Numbered from the stretch's first letter, positions 1-12,052 are shown. The stretch is DNA of 64,000 nt from an uncultured Chloroflexia bacterium (GCA_963726245.1 CAVSBT010000015.1:1-64000); one strand, 5' to 3'. Notes: a model not told the origin generated them from the sequence alone. Made by a program: numbers and translations.

Positions 1-1494
1 GACGGGGCCATCAGCGGCGTGGTCTCGAAGGAGATGTTGCTGGAGTGGGAGAAGTCGCTGAAGACGACGCGGCCGCGGGCGACGACCTCGTAGTAGAAGT
101 TGGCGGCCTCACGCGTCGAGTGCACCTTGAAGGAGGCCTTGTCGCCGACCTTCAGCGCGCCCTCGACTCGCTTGCTCGACGTGGATGAAGTTGCCGGACG
201 GCGAGTAGGCGGCGTCGAGGGCGACGAAGGTGTAGGCGCCCTCGGGGGTGTTCGCCTCCGCCATCAGGGCCACCGCCTCCTCGGGCGGCGTGACCGTGAG
301 CATCGCCAGCCCGTTGTCCGTCTGCACCTGCTTGCTCTCGTGGTCAATCTCCTCCAGCTTGTCGCCGAGGTAGCTGATCTCCACGCTCACCTTCGACTCC
401 GTCGGCTTGTTGTCGGGGGTCTCGGTGACGACGAGGAAGGTGAAGGGCAGCGACGGCTTGAAGGCCGAACCCTCGGGGATGAGCTGGAGGCTGACCGGCG
501 ACTCGGAGACGGTGAGGAGGCGGGTGGTCTTCTCCTCGTAGCCGGTGGCGCGCTCCTCCACCGTGATGTCGAGGGTGACGTTGCCCATGCCCTCGCTCTT
601 CGGGCACGCCGGCCACGTACTCGACGGCGGGGAGCTCGAACTGCGCCTCGCCGTCGATGTCTACGGCGTAGCTGGCGAACTTCTCCCACTGGCCCACGTA
701 GCGCTGGGCCTCGATGTGGAGCGTGCCCCGCACCGGCTTGCCGTAGCTGTAGGTGGCGCGCACCTTGCCCGTGATGGGCTCGTTGACCAGGAACCACTCC
801 TTGGGCAGGTCCACCGCCACCTCGTACTTGGGCAGGACGTACTCTTCGACGCGCACGTCCACCTCGGCGCTGCGCTGGCCGGCCTGGGCGCTGACCTTCC
901 AGACGCCCAGGTTGGGCTCCTCCGAGATGGGGACATCGAGGGTGGCCATGCCGTACTCGTCGGTCTGGACGGTCTTCTTGAAGACCTTGGTGCCCTTGGC
1001 GTCCTGGAGGTCCACCGTGGCCTCCACCGAGACGGGCTTGAGCGCCGAGTCGAGGGAGATGAGCCGCACGTGGAGGGTCTGGCCCGGCTTGTAGATGGGC
1101 TTGTCGGTCTCCAGGAAGAGGAGCGAGCCCTCTTCGACCCGCACGCTGGCCTTGTCGCTGAAGCCCTGCGCCGCTGACCTCAATCTCGTAGTCGCCGTCA
1201 GGCAGGTCCGGCACCTGGAACTCGATGGTGCCCTTGCCCTGGAGCTCGGCGCTCTGGGCCAGCACCTCGCGGCCGTCCTGGAGCAGCCTCACCTCGGCCG
1301 GCGCCGGAGGCCAGCTTGTCGCCGCTGAACAGCGTCAGGGAGACGGCCTCGCGTTCGCCGATCGCAGGATGTGGGGCACCAGGGCCACGTAGCCGTCGAT
1401 GCCCGACGTCGGTGTCGGAGCAGCCGGCTCCAAACCCGAGCAGGAGGCCGACGGCGAGAAGCAGGGGACCGATGGCGAATCTGGCGTGTCTCAT
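1..1494 (-). CDS. Alpha-2-macroglobulin/thioester-protein family lipoprotein, N-terminal part (MG domains); runs off the left edge; several frameshifts
   Basis: Fragments in ORFs 1198-1530, 387-1292, 344-1183 and 109-588 join into a signal peptide with lipobox (GAGC) followed by ETDKPIYKPGQT, VEEYVLPKYEV, ATYSYGKPVRG, FKPSLPF, YSPSGNFIHVE and FYYEVVARGRVV...TPLMAP. Confidence 0.88.
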
Positions 1495-1565
1495 GGCTTC
1501 TCCTCCCAGCGTTCTGCCCTTCAGACGCACGGAGGCGGAGAAAAGTTCCCACGCGGAGGGAGATG

Positions 1566-1645
1566 TAACGGCATGACGGGAAACGGATTAACGGATAGCG
1601 GATTCGACAGGCAATGCCGTTGATCCGTTCGGTATCCGATGATCG
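1566..1645. repeat. Inverted array of (A)ACGGAT / ATCCGT units forming an imperfect hairpin
   Basis: TAACGGCA TGACGGGA AACGGAT TAACGGAT AGCGGAT ... ATGCCGTTG ATCCGTT cggt ATCCGATG; same unit as 49864-49945. Confidence 0.65.
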
Positions 1646-1752
1646 AGGCGGGGCTGCAGGAGAGCGTGAGAGGGACCTGCCGGTTGAACCGGCAGCTCTC
1701 GATTCGAAGCTGCTGGTTTCGACCCGCAGGACGAAAGCGTCGAGCTGCCCCG

Positions 1753-3100
1753 CTAGTGCTCGCTGGCGATGCCACGCTCCGGCAGAGCACCGGGGCGCCG
1801 CCGAGCCGCCGGCGTCAGGCGGGCCGCCAGCGCCGCCAGGGCGGAGAGGCCGGCCGTCACCAGGAGGACCGCACGCACGCCCACCAGGTCGGCGACGGCG
1901 CCGACGACCAGCAGCGGCAGGACCGACGCCAGGTCGGACAGGGCGGACTGGGTGGCGAAGACGCGGCCCTGGAGCTCCGGCGGCGAGCGGCGGTTGAAGA
2001 CGGTGCGCGCGCCCACGCTCACCACGGTGAAGGCGAGGCCCAGGGGCACGGCCAGGAGCATGGTCATGCTCACCACGGAGGAGATGCCCAGGCGGTCCTC
2101 GATACCCGATAGGTTCAGGCGCAGGTTGCTCCTGAACGGCATCGGCCGCGAAGTAGACGCAGCCCAGACCGACCAGTCCGGCGATGAAGACGACGAGGCC
2201 CGCCGTCACCAGCCGCCCGGGGCTGATGAACCAGGCCAGGATCGGCATCAGCGCCAGTCCTACTAGCGCGCCCACAGCGGCGGGCGTGGCGATGAACACG
2301 GAGTTGGAGGGCGCCAGGTGAAGGATGTCACGAGCGTAGTGAGGTGTGAGGACCAGAAGGGACTTCATGAGGAAGGCGGCGATGGTCAGCTCCACCATCG
2401 CCAGGAAGATGGTCCTGTCGCGGCGGATCACCTCCAGCCCTGCCCAGAGTCCGATGCGCCGCGGGGTCTCGGCCGGGCGTGCCGGCGTCTCCTCCGGCTC
2501 CGTCGCTGCCCCCAGGCCCGAGGTTCGGGCGTAGGTCAGGCCGCCTACGACAAAGAGGACGGCGGCGAGCACGTAGAGCGGGTTCTCGCCCACCGTCTTC
2601 AGGAAGGCGGGCGCGATGATCACCATGCCTGCCACCTGGGCGAGGAGGGTGGCCAGAATAAGATAGGTGTTCGCCGAGCCCAGGCGGCCTCGACCCACCA
2701 GGCCGGGGAGCCCGGCGCTCTCGGCCGGGGCCTGGAGCTGGCCCACGGCGGCGAAGAGGAGCACCAGCAGGTAGATGTCGCGGAGGCTGTTACCGTGCTG
2801 GAGCAGGGCCAGGCAGACGCCGGCCCGCACCAGACCCACTATCAGCAGCGACGCCCGCTTCGGCAGCCAGTCGACGACGAGGCCGGCCGGCAGCCCCAGT
2901 ATCACCGAGGGTAGAGTCATCGCCAGCACCAGCAGGGTGCTCTGCATGCTCGACTCCGTCCGCTGCACCACCACGATGAGGACGGTGTAGAGGACGATGT
3001 TCTGGCCAATCTGCGAGGCGAGCTTGGCCCGCAGGAAGCGCCAAAACTGCGCCTCCGAGAGTAGGCCGGGTTGTTGTGTCTTTGCGCCGGCGGATTTCAT
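1753..3100 (-). CDS. MFS transporter (H+ antiporter/DHA3-like), one frameshift near 2140
   Basis: Many hydrophobic helices; LASQIGQN, PAGLVVDWLPKR (motif A-like), QGRVFATQS; ORFs 1289-3100 and 1753-2142. Confidence 0.85.
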
Positions 3101-3155
3101 CTGCTAGCGTCCGTCGCCAGTCATTATACGGGGCGACCGCTGGCCTGGAGGTTGT

Positions 3156-3905
3156 ATGATGTGTTGGACAGCGGATCGCTCCGCGAGCCCTCGCAAGGAG
3201 AGGCTTTTCGTTTTGGATGTCAGCTCGGAGCCCCCGCGCGCTGCTCCATCGGAGAAGTCGCTGGCGGAGGTCCTGCCGCCGGCGCTGAGCCGCTGGATCC
3301 CCACGGGCCGCAAGTCACGAATCGGTCTCGGCCTCGTGGTGCTGCTTGCGGTGCTCGGCCCCGCCGTCGTTCTTCTCCTCCTGCCGGAATGGGTAAACCT
3401 GGACGAGCAGAGTCTGGGCGGTCTCGGCTACGCTGGTGTGTTCGTGGCTAACCTGGCCAGCACCGTCACTGTCTTCATTCCCGTGCCCGGACTGACCGCC
3501 CTGGGCCAGGTGCTCATCCTGGATCAGGGTAAGGTCCACAACCCGGTGCTGGTCGGGCTCGCCGGTGGCTCCGGCATGGCGATAGGGGAGATCACCGCTT
3601 ACATCGCGGGCATGTACGGTGGTGAGATGGCAGCCGGCCACACCATCCCGGGCCCCCGCTGGACGAGGCGGTTCGTGGAGCGGGCCATCTCCCTCATCGA
3701 CCGGCTCATGCACAGCTTCGGCATGCTTACCTTGTTTGTCCTCTCGGTCATCCCCAACCCCATCTTCGAGATCGCGGGCCTCACGGCGGGGGCTGTGCGC
3801 ATGCCCTTTGGCCGCTTTATGGGTCCGGTTTTCGCCGGCAAGGTCCTCCGCGGCATAATACTGGCCTTCTTGGGCGCCCACTCCGTCAGCGTTCTGGGGC
3901 TTTAG
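3156..3905 (+). CDS. VTT/DedA (SNARE-associated) family membrane protein; true start may be downstream
   Basis: LASTVTVFIPVPG, GEITAYIAG, LSVIPNPIFEIAGLTAGAVRMP...GKVLR motifs. Confidence 0.8.
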   Translation: MMCWTADRSASPRKERLFVLDVSSEPPRAAPSEKSLAEVLPPALSRWIPTGRKSRIGLGLVVLLAVLGPAVVLLLLPEWVNLDEQSLGGLGYAGVFVANLASTVTVFIPVPGLTALGQVLILDQGKVHNPVLVGLAGGSGMAIGEITAYIAGMYGGEMAAGHTIPGPRWTRRFVERAISLIDRLMHSFGMLTLFVLSVIPNPIFEIAGLTAGAVRMPFGRFMGPVFAGKVLRGIILAFLGAHSVSVLGL

Positions 3906-4009
3906 CCCAACTCTTGACTTGAACACAACGCGCGCGCGTTCTATCATGCGATTCGCTGGCGGGAACTCAGGTAGGGCGGCAGGCGCCGCTCTTTGGTAGC
4001 GGAGGTATC

Positions 4010-4804
4010 GTGGTCAGCGCTGACGGGGCTCAGCTTCACGTTCAGGACCTTTCCATCCACTTCGGGGGCATCGTTGCCCTGGACAGCGTCTCCTTTGACG
4101 TCAAGCCGAAGGAGATCGTCGGTCTCATCGGCCCCAATGGCGCCGGGAAGACCACGATCTTCAACTGCATCAGCCGCGTCTATGTGCCCGACCGGGGCTC
4201 CATTCTCTTCGAGACTCGCAACATTCTGCACATGCGGCCCCACGACGTAGTGAGAGCGGGCATTGCGCGCACCTTCCAGAACGTCGAGCTCTTTCGCTCC
4301 ATGACCGTGATGGAGAACCTGCTGGTCGGCCAGCACATGCTGTTGACCAGCAACCTGATGGCCTGCGCGTTCCGCTGGCCCAGCGTGATGCGAGAGGAGG
4401 CGCTGGCTCGACAGCGGGCGGATGCGCTTCTCAGTTTCATGGCCCTCGACAAGCTGCGCGATGTGCCCGCTGCTGTCCTTCCCTTCGCCCTGCAGAAGCG
4501 GGTGGAGATGGCCCGTGCCCTGGTCTCCCGTCCACGCCTTCTGCTCCTGGACGAACCGGCCAGCGGCCTGAGCCACGAGGAGCTTGGCGCCCTGGCTGAC
4601 CTCATCCGCCTCATCCGCGATGAACTGGGCGTCACCGTCTTGCTGGTCGAGCACCACATGGGGCTGGTGATGGACGTATCGGAGCGGGTCTGCGTCCTGG
4701 ACTTCGGCCGCAAGATCGCCGAGGGCACCCCCGCCCAGGTGCAGAAGGACCCCGCTGTCATCGAGGCGTATCTGGGAGAGCGTGCAGAGGATGCTCAAAG
4801 TTAA
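4010..4804 (+). CDS. livG: Branched-chain amino acid-type ABC transporter ATP-binding protein (LivG-like)
   Basis: GPNGAGKTT Walker A, ARTFQN, LLLLDEPASG, VEHHM, VIEAYLG. Confidence 0.9.
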   Translation: MVSADGAQLHVQDLSIHFGGIVALDSVSFDVKPKEIVGLIGPNGAGKTTIFNCISRVYVPDRGSILFETRNILHMRPHDVVRAGIARTFQNVELFRSMTVMENLLVGQHMLLTSNLMACAFRWPSVMREEALARQRADALLSFMALDKLRDVPAAVLPFALQKRVEMARALVSRPRLLLLDEPASGLSHEELGALADLIRLIRDELGVTVLLVEHHMGLVMDVSERVCVLDFGRKIAEGTPAQVQKDPAVIEAYLGERAEDAQS

Positions 4805-5496
4805 CGAAATCCATGCTTCCTACGGCCCGATCGTCGCCCTGCGGGGGGTGTCCCTGGAAGTTCCCGAGGGAGGTATAGTCACCATCCTGGGCGCAAACGG
4901 GGCAGGCAAGAGCTCCATCCTTCGGGCGATCTCCGGCCTGGTGCGCATCTCCCACGGCACCATCGAGTTCATGGGAAAGCGCATCGACCACGCATCGCCG
5001 GAGAGGATCGTCCAGATGGGGATATCGCAGGTGCCCGAGGGGCGCCAGAATCTTCGGCGAGCTGAGTGTGGAGGAGAATCTCCGCCTGGGCGCCTACACC
5101 CGCCGCAACGGCGCGGACATCAAGAAGGACATGCGGGGCATCTACGACTACTTCCCCGTCCTGGCTGAGAGGCGAAAGCAAACAGCGCTCACTCTCAGCG
5201 GCGGCGAGCAGCAGATGCTCGCCATCGGCCGCGCCCTCATGGCCCGCCCGCGCCTCCTGCTGCTGGACGAGCCTTCTCTGGGTCTGGCCCCCCTCATAAC
5301 CCGTGAGATCTTCGAGATCGTCCGGACTCTAAACGGTGAAGGGATCACCGTCCTCCTGGTCGAACAGAACGCTCGTATCGCCCTCGGCATCGCCCAGTAC
5401 GGCTACGTGATGGAGACGGGGGCCGTGGCGCTGTCCGACAAGAGCGAGACCCTCCGCGAGAACGAGGACGTACGGCGCTCCTATCTGGGCTACTAG
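4791..5496 (+). CDS. livF: Branched-chain amino acid-type ABC transporter ATP-binding protein (LivF-like), frameshift near 5050
   Basis: GANGAGKSS, QVPEGR, LSGGEQQMLAIGRALM, DEPSLGLAP, RRSYLG. Confidence 0.9.
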
Positions 5497-5536
5497 AGAT
5501 CTCATAGCCTCCGCCCCCTTCAGAGACAAGAGACCG

Positions 5537-6754
5537 GTGCGACCGTACTACTGGTTCGCCTCCCTTCCCATTCTATGTGTGGCTCTCCTCCTGGCAGCTT
5601 GTGGGGAGGGCGCTTCTTCCTCCGGCACGGACCGCGTTCCCGGCGTCACCGCCACGGAGGTCGTCTTCGGCACTCACATGCCGCTGACCGGGGTAGCGGC
5701 CGTCTACGGCACGAGCATTGCCCCCGCCATCCAGGCCTACTTCGATTACATCAACGACACGCAGGGTGGTGTCCACGGGCGGAAGATCCGGCTGGAGGTG
5801 GGTGACGATGCCTACGACCCGTCGCGGGCCGCTGACGTCGTCCGGCAACTCGTTGAGCGAGACGGGGTCTTCGCCATTCTCAACGGTTTCGGGACCGCCC
5901 AGCACAGCGCCGTCTATCGCTATCTGGAGGAGAACGGCGTCCCCGACCTCTTCCCTGCCACCGGCGCCCGCAAGTTCACGGAACCCGTGGCCGGAACCCG
6001 GTTCGGCTACAACCCGGACTACGTCATGGAAGGCACCGTCCTCGGCCGGTACATAGCGGAGAACTTCCCGGGCCAGAGGGTGGGCCTGCTGCTTCAGAAC
6101 GATGACTTCGGTCTGGACGGCGAGAAGGGCCTGCGCGCCGGCATCGGCACAGGCGCAGACGTGGTGGCGCGAGAGACCTTCGAGAGCACGACCAGCGACC
6201 TGAGCGGCCAGGTGACGCGGCTCAAGAGCGCCGCCCCCGATGTCCTGGCCGTCTACGCGACGCCTGTCGCCTTCGCCGGCGCCCTCGTCTATGCCCGCAC
6301 CGTCCTCGGCTGGGACGTGCCCGTGGTCGTGGCGGGCGCCGCGGCCGACCCGTCGGTCTTCCGCCTCACCGGGGAGGCCAGCAAGCAGGCGGGGAAAGAC
6401 GTCGCGGAAGGCGTCATAAGCACGACCTACCTCGTGCCACTCACGGAGAGCGACAATCCGGGTCTCCAGAAGCACCTCGAGATCATGAAGGCCCACGGCA
6501 TCGAGGCCAACAACTTCACCGTCTATGGCCAGTCGGTGGCTGAGCTTACGGTGGAGGTCCTCGAGCGGGCCGGCAAGAACCTGACGCGGGAGTCTCTGGT
6601 GCAGGCGGCGGAGCAGGTGCGCGACTTCACCTGCTCCGTGTGCGAAGTGCCCATCACGTTCAGCGAGACAGACCATCGAGGCGTAGAGGGCGTGCGCCTC
6701 GCCCGGGCCGAGGGCGGCCGGTGGGTGCCCTTTGGCCCGGTCATCAGCTACTAG
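5537..6754 (+). CDS. ABC transporter substrate-binding lipoprotein (LivK/periplasmic binding protein type 1)
   Basis: Lipobox LAAC; GTHMPLTG, GGVHGRKI, DDAYDP, QNDDFG. Confidence 0.88.
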   Translation: MRPYYWFASLPILCVALLLAACGEGASSSGTDRVPGVTATEVVFGTHMPLTGVAAVYGTSIAPAIQAYFDYINDTQGGVHGRKIRLEVGDDAYDPSRAADVVRQLVERDGVFAILNGFGTAQHSAVYRYLEENGVPDLFPATGARKFTEPVAGTRFGYNPDYVMEGTVLGRYIAENFPGQRVGLLLQNDDFGLDGEKGLRAGIGTGADVVARETFESTTSDLSGQVTRLKSAAPDVLAVYATPVAFAGALVYARTVLGWDVPVVVAGAAADPSVFRLTGEASKQAGKDVAEGVISTTYLVPLTESDNPGLQKHLEIMKAHGIEANNFTVYGQSVAELTVEVLERAGKNLTRESLVQAAEQVRDFTCSVCEVPITFSETDHRGVEGVRLARAEGGRWVPFGPVISY

Positions 6755-6770
6755 CAGGGTGCCGTTAGCC

Positions 6771-7807
6771 ATGCCTCTCCACACCGGCAAGCTGCCCGCC
6801 GAGCTGCTGGCCCGCCTGCTGAGCCGCGTCGTCTCGCGCGACCCGCGGGTGCTGCTGGGCCCAACCGTAGGCGAGGATGCCGCGCTGATCGACCTGGGCG
6901 ACCGGGTTCTGGTCGCCAAGGCCGACCCTGTCACCTTCGCCACCGACCGGATCGGCTGGTACGCCGTCCACGTCAACGCCAACGACGTGGCCTGCATGGG
7001 GGCGCGTCCGGCCTGGTTCCTGGCCACCATCCTTCTCCCCCAGGGGGCGCCGGAGGCCCTCGCCGAGGATGTCTTCGCCCAGATCGAGGCGGCCTGCGAG
7101 GCACTCGACATAACGTTGGTGGGCGGACACACGGAGGTGACCTACGGCCTGGAGCGGCCCGATCGTCGCCGGCGCCATGCTGGCGGAGGCGGCCGGCCGG
7201 TCGCATCGTGCGGAAGGCGGACGCCCGGCCGGGAGACCATCTCATCCTCACGAAGGGCATCGCCATCGAGGGGACGGCCCTCCTGGCGCGCGACGCCGCC
7301 GATCACCTGCGGCGCGGCGGCTTCGACGAGGCGTCCCTGGAGCGGGCGCGCGCTCTCCTCGATCGCCCCGGCATCAGTGTAGTGCGAGAAGCTCTCCTGG
7401 CGTGCGAGACGGCGCCCGTGCACGCCATGCACGACCCGACGGAGGGTGGCCTGGCGACGGCCCTCCACGAAATGGCTGCGGCCTCCGGTCTGACGGCGGA
7501 GGTGCAAGAGGAGGCGGTGGTGGTGCTGCCGGAGACGGTTGAGGTCTGCCGGGCGCTGGCGCTGGAGCCGCTGGGGCTACTCGCCTCCGGCTCTCTGCTT
7601 ATCGCTGTCGCCGAGGAGGATTGCGAGCGGGTGCGGGGCGCCCTCTCCGAGGCTGCGATCACGGCGGCCTGCCTGGGGCGGCTCATGGAAGGTGGGAAAG
7701 GGGTTATAATAGACAAGCGGGGGGAGCGGCGGGAAATCCCTCACTTTCAACGTGACGAACTGGCCCGATTCCTGGAGTCCGTGGGAACGACAGGCGCCAG
7801 GGGCTGA
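6771..7807 (+). CDS. AIR synthase/PurM-HypE-like family protein, frameshifts near 7160-7205
   Basis: GKLP, GPTVGEDAA, ADPVTF, HVNANDVA, GGHTEVT, HAMHDPTEGG, LLASGSLLI. Confidence 0.85.
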
Positions 7808-7863
7808 GGCGTCATCGCCTCTGCCGGACGGGCCCAGTGCGAAGCGAGGCTGGAGAAGAGTTC

Positions 7864-9262
7864 GTGGCTCGTAAACCTGGCACGCTAAAGCAACTGCGCG
7901 ACTCCGACTACAAGGTAGTCACCGTGAAGGAGGAGATGCGCAGCAACCTCATCAAGAAGATCCGGCGGGGCGGGACGCTCTTCCCCGGCATCGTGGGCTA
8001 TGAGGAGTCGGTGATCCCCCAGTTGGAGAACGCCCTCCTCTCCGGACAGGACATCATCTTCCTGGGCGAGCGAGGGCAGGCCAAGTCCCGGCTCATCCGC
8101 TCCTTGGTGAACCTGCTGGACGACGCGGTGCCGGTCATCGCCGGCTGCGAGATCAACGACAACCCGTTCCGGCCCATCTGCAAGAGCTGCCGCGACCGTC
8201 TTGCCAAGGAGGGCGATAGCCTCAAGATCACCTGGCTCACGCCTGACCAGCGCTACGGCGAGAAGCTGGCGACTCCGGACATCACCATCGCCGACCTCAT
8301 CGGCGAGGTGGACCCCATCAAGGTGGCGGAGGGCCGCTACCTGTCGGACGAGCTCACCATCCACTACGGCCTGGTCCCACGCACCAACCGCGGCATCTTC
8401 TGCATCAACGAGCTCCCGGACCTGGCGGAGCGCATCCAGGTCGGCCTCTTCAACATCATGGAGGAGCGGGACGTGCAGATCCGGGGCTACCGCGTCCGCC
8501 TGCCGCTGGACGTCTACCTGGTGGCCAGCGCCAACCCCGAGGACTACACGAATCGCGGCCGCATCATCACGCCGCTCAAGGACCGCTACGGCGCCCAGAT
8601 CCGCACTCACTACCCGCGCCGCGTCGAGCACGAGATCGACATCATGGAGCAGGAGCGCCACCGGTTCGATGACGTGGAGCACGAGGTGAGCGTGCCCCAG
8701 TACATGAAGGAGATCGTCGCCGAGATCACCCGCCTGGCCCGGCGCAGCCCGGACGTCAACCAGCGCTCCGGCGTCTCCGTCCGCGCCTCCATCGCCGACT
8801 ACGAGAGCCTGCTGGCCAACGCCCTTCGCCGCGCCATCCGCCTGGACGAGAAGATGGTCGTGCCCGCGCATCAGCGACCTGCCCTACGTTGTCCCGGCCA
8901 TCAGCGGCAAGGTGGAGTTCGAGACGGTGGAGGACGGCCGGGAGGAGCAGATCCTGGAGAAGCTGATCCAGGGCGCTGTGCTGGCCGTTTTCAATCGCCA
9001 CTTCAACGTCGTCGAGCTGGACGAGGTGGTCACCCGCTTCAAAGGAGGCCTCTCCGTCGAAGTGTCCGATACCCTGCCTTCCGCCGCCTACGTGAAGATG
9101 GCCCGCGGCATGCCGGGCCTGGAGCAGGCGCTGGCGAAGGTCTGCCCCGAGGCAACGCCTGCCCTGGTGGCCTCCGCGGTGGAGTTCATCCTGGAGGGCC
9201 TGCACCTCAACAAGCGCCTGAACAAGGACAAGGTGGCGGGCAAGATCCACTACAGGGGTTAG
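7864..9262 (+). CDS. Magnesium chelatase subunit I-like AAA+ ATPase (partner of the VWA protein), frameshift near 8865
   Basis: GERGQAKSR Walker A, INELPDL Walker B-like, ASANPEDYTNRGRIITPLKDR, EFILEGLHL. Confidence 0.88.
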
Positions 9263-9270
9263 GTGCCGCC

Positions 9271-9775
9271 ATGTCCTCTTCCCAGGTTTCTGCTCCCCAA
9301 GCCAGCCGGCCTCACATGCCCGGCTACGGCATCCCTGACAGCGCCGAGGGCCTGCTCCCCTGGAGCTGGGCCGTCGAGCGGCTTTCCAAGGCCCACAACT
9401 ACTTCGTGGCGACGACGCGACCCGGCGGGCGACCCCACGTCATGCCGGTGTGGGGCATCTGGCTGGACAATGCCTTCTGTTTCAGCACCGGCGCTCGACT
9501 CCAGGAAGGCCCGCAACCTGGCCGCCAACCCGAACTGCGTCGTCTGCCCGGAGAATGCCGGCGAAGCCGTCATCGTGGAGGGTCTCGCCGAAGAGGTGAC
9601 CGATCCATCCCTGCTTTCGCAGTTCAAGGACGCCTACCTAGAGAAGTACCGGTGGGAGATGGACACCAGCCAGGGCGGCATCTACGCTGTGCGCCCCAAG
9701 GTCGCCTTCGCCTTCATCGAGAGCGGGGACGACTTCCCGGGCACCGCCACGCGCTGGGTCTTCCTCGAGGAGTGA
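9271..9775 (+). CDS. Pyridoxamine 5'-phosphate oxidase-like (split-barrel flavin/F420-binding) protein, frameshift near 9500
   Basis: MPGYG...LLPWSWAVERL, ATTRPGGRPHVMPVWGIW, RKARNLAANP, ATRW. Confidence 0.82.
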
Positions 9776-9776
9776 C

Positions 9777-11964
9777 ATGAACTTCGGTTACCGCTACTAC
9801 GAGTGGGACGGGACGCAGGAGATCCCACCCCTCGACGCCGACGAGGTCCTGGAGTCCCTGACCGACGACCTGATGAACTTCGGGGACCTGCAGCATGCCC
9901 TGCGCAACCTCCTCCAGCGGGGCATGCGCAACCCCATGGGCGATCGCCTCCAGGGCCTGCGCGACCTCCTCCAGCAGCTTCGGCAGCAGCGGCGCCAGAC
10001 GCTGGACCGCTACAACCTGAGCTCCGTCTTCGACGACATCCGCGAGCGCCTGGACGAGATCCTGGGGATGGAGAAGAGGACCCTGGACCGGCGCCTCGAG
10101 GAGGCGCGGCGCCAGCTCGGCGAGGACGCGGATCAGCCGCAGAGGGTGGCAGCGAGCCAAGGGCCGGGAGGTGAGCAACCGGAGGCCTCCGACAGCAGCG
10201 GGTCCCCCCAGTCAAGCGGACGCCTGCCGCGTCCACGAAGGTCGCCAGGAGGGCAGCGCTGGCGGCCACGAGCCCGGCGGCGGTCGCCAGGAGGCCGGCG
10301 CCGACCGCCAGTTCGCCGAGATGCTGCGCAACATAGCACAGCGCAAGCAGAGCTTCCTCGAGGGCTTGCCACCGGACGTGGGCGGCCAGGTCAAGGAGCT
10401 CCAGAACTACGAGTTCATAGACCCCGAGGCCCAGCACAAGTTCCAGGAGCTCATGGAGATGCTGAAGAAGGCGATGACAGAGACCTTCTTCAAGGACCTC
10501 TCCAACCAGATTGCCGGCCTGTCGCCCGAGGACATGGCGCGGATGAAGCAGATGGTCCAGGACCTGAACCAGATGCTATCTGAGAAGCTGGCCGGCGGCG
10601 AGCCGGACTTCGAGGGGTTCATGCAGCAGTACGGCGACCTCTTCGGGCCCAACCCGCCGCAAAGCCTGGAGGAGCTCGTCGCCCAGATGCAGCACCAGGC
10701 GGCCCAGATGCAGAACCTCCTGGACAGCCTTCCGCCCGAGATGCGGCAGGAGCTCCAGGACCTGCTCATGGACAAGGTGGGGGACCCCGATCTTCAGGCC
10801 GAGCTGTCAGAACTGGCAAGCAACCTGGAGTTCCTCTACCCCATGCGAGAGCTGCGCAGCCAGTATCCCTTCCGCGGCGACGAGGAGCTGGACCTCTCGG
10901 AGGCTATGCGCCTCATGGAACGTATGCAGTCCATGGACGAGCTGGAACGCCAGTTGGAGCGCGTTCAGTACGGCGGCGACATCGACGAGATTGATGCCGA
11001 GAAGCTGCGTGAGCTCCTCGGCGACGAGGCCCAACAGACCCTCGAGCAGCTACGCAAGTTCCTGGAGATCCTGGAGGAGGCCGGCTACATTCGCCGTCGC
11101 GGTCACGGCTGGGAGTTGACGCCGCGCGGCGTCCGCAAGATCGGGCAAAAGGCCTTGGGCGAGATCTATGCTCAGCTCAAGGAGGAGGGCTTCGGGAAGC
11201 ACCCGGTGCGCGTCACCGGCGCCGGCGGTGATCGGGCCGATGACAGCAAGAAGTACGAGTTCGGCGACCCCTTCCACCTGCACCTGCAGGAGACGGTGAT
11301 GAACTCCATCTTTCGGGAGGGGCCCTCGGTGCCCGTTCGACTGGACAAGGACGACTTCCACGTCTACCGGACGGAGCAGCTCACACAGACGGCCACGGTG
11401 ATGATGGTCGACCTCTCGTGGTCGATGGCGCTGCGGGGCAGCTTTCAGGCCGCCAAGAAGGTGGCGCTGGCCCTCAACAACCTCATCCGCAGCCAGTTCA
11501 GCCGCGACAGCCTCTACATCATCGGCTTCTCCGCCTACGCCCGCGAGCTGAAAGCGGAGGACCTGCCCTACGTGCGCTGGGACGAGTCCGTGCTGGGCAC
11601 GAACATGCACCACGCCTTCATGCTGGCCCAGCAGCTCCTGAGCAAGCACACGGCGAGCACCCGCCAGATCATCATGATCTCGGACGGGGAGCCGACGGCG
11701 CACCTGGAGCGGGGCCGCTCGTACTTCGCCTATCCGCCCAGCCCCATAACCATCCGCGAGACCCTGAAGGAAGTGAAGCGGTGCACGGAGAAGGGGATCG
11801 TCATCAACACCTTCATGCTGGACCGCAACTACTACCTGAAGGAGTTCGTCAACCAGATGGCGAAGATCAACAAGGGGCGGATCTTCTACACCACGCCCGA
11901 CAAGCTGGGCGAGTACATCCTCGTGGACTACCTGGCCCACAAGCGGAAGAACCTGCGGGGCTGA
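9777..11964 (+). CDS. VWA-domain protein (CoxE/Mg-chelatase-associated type), frameshift in a low-complexity linker near 10200
   Basis: YRYYEWDGTQ N-terminus; MIDAS-like MVDLSWSM, GTNMHHA, MISDGEPTAH; follows the AAA ATPase. Confidence 0.87.
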
Positions 11965-12052
11965 GGGCGCGGTCCCCATCAGCCTCTACGATGGCAGGGC
12001 CTGCCGCGGAAGCGTTGCGGGCCTCTTCACCTTCGAGGGGAAGGCGCAGCCA

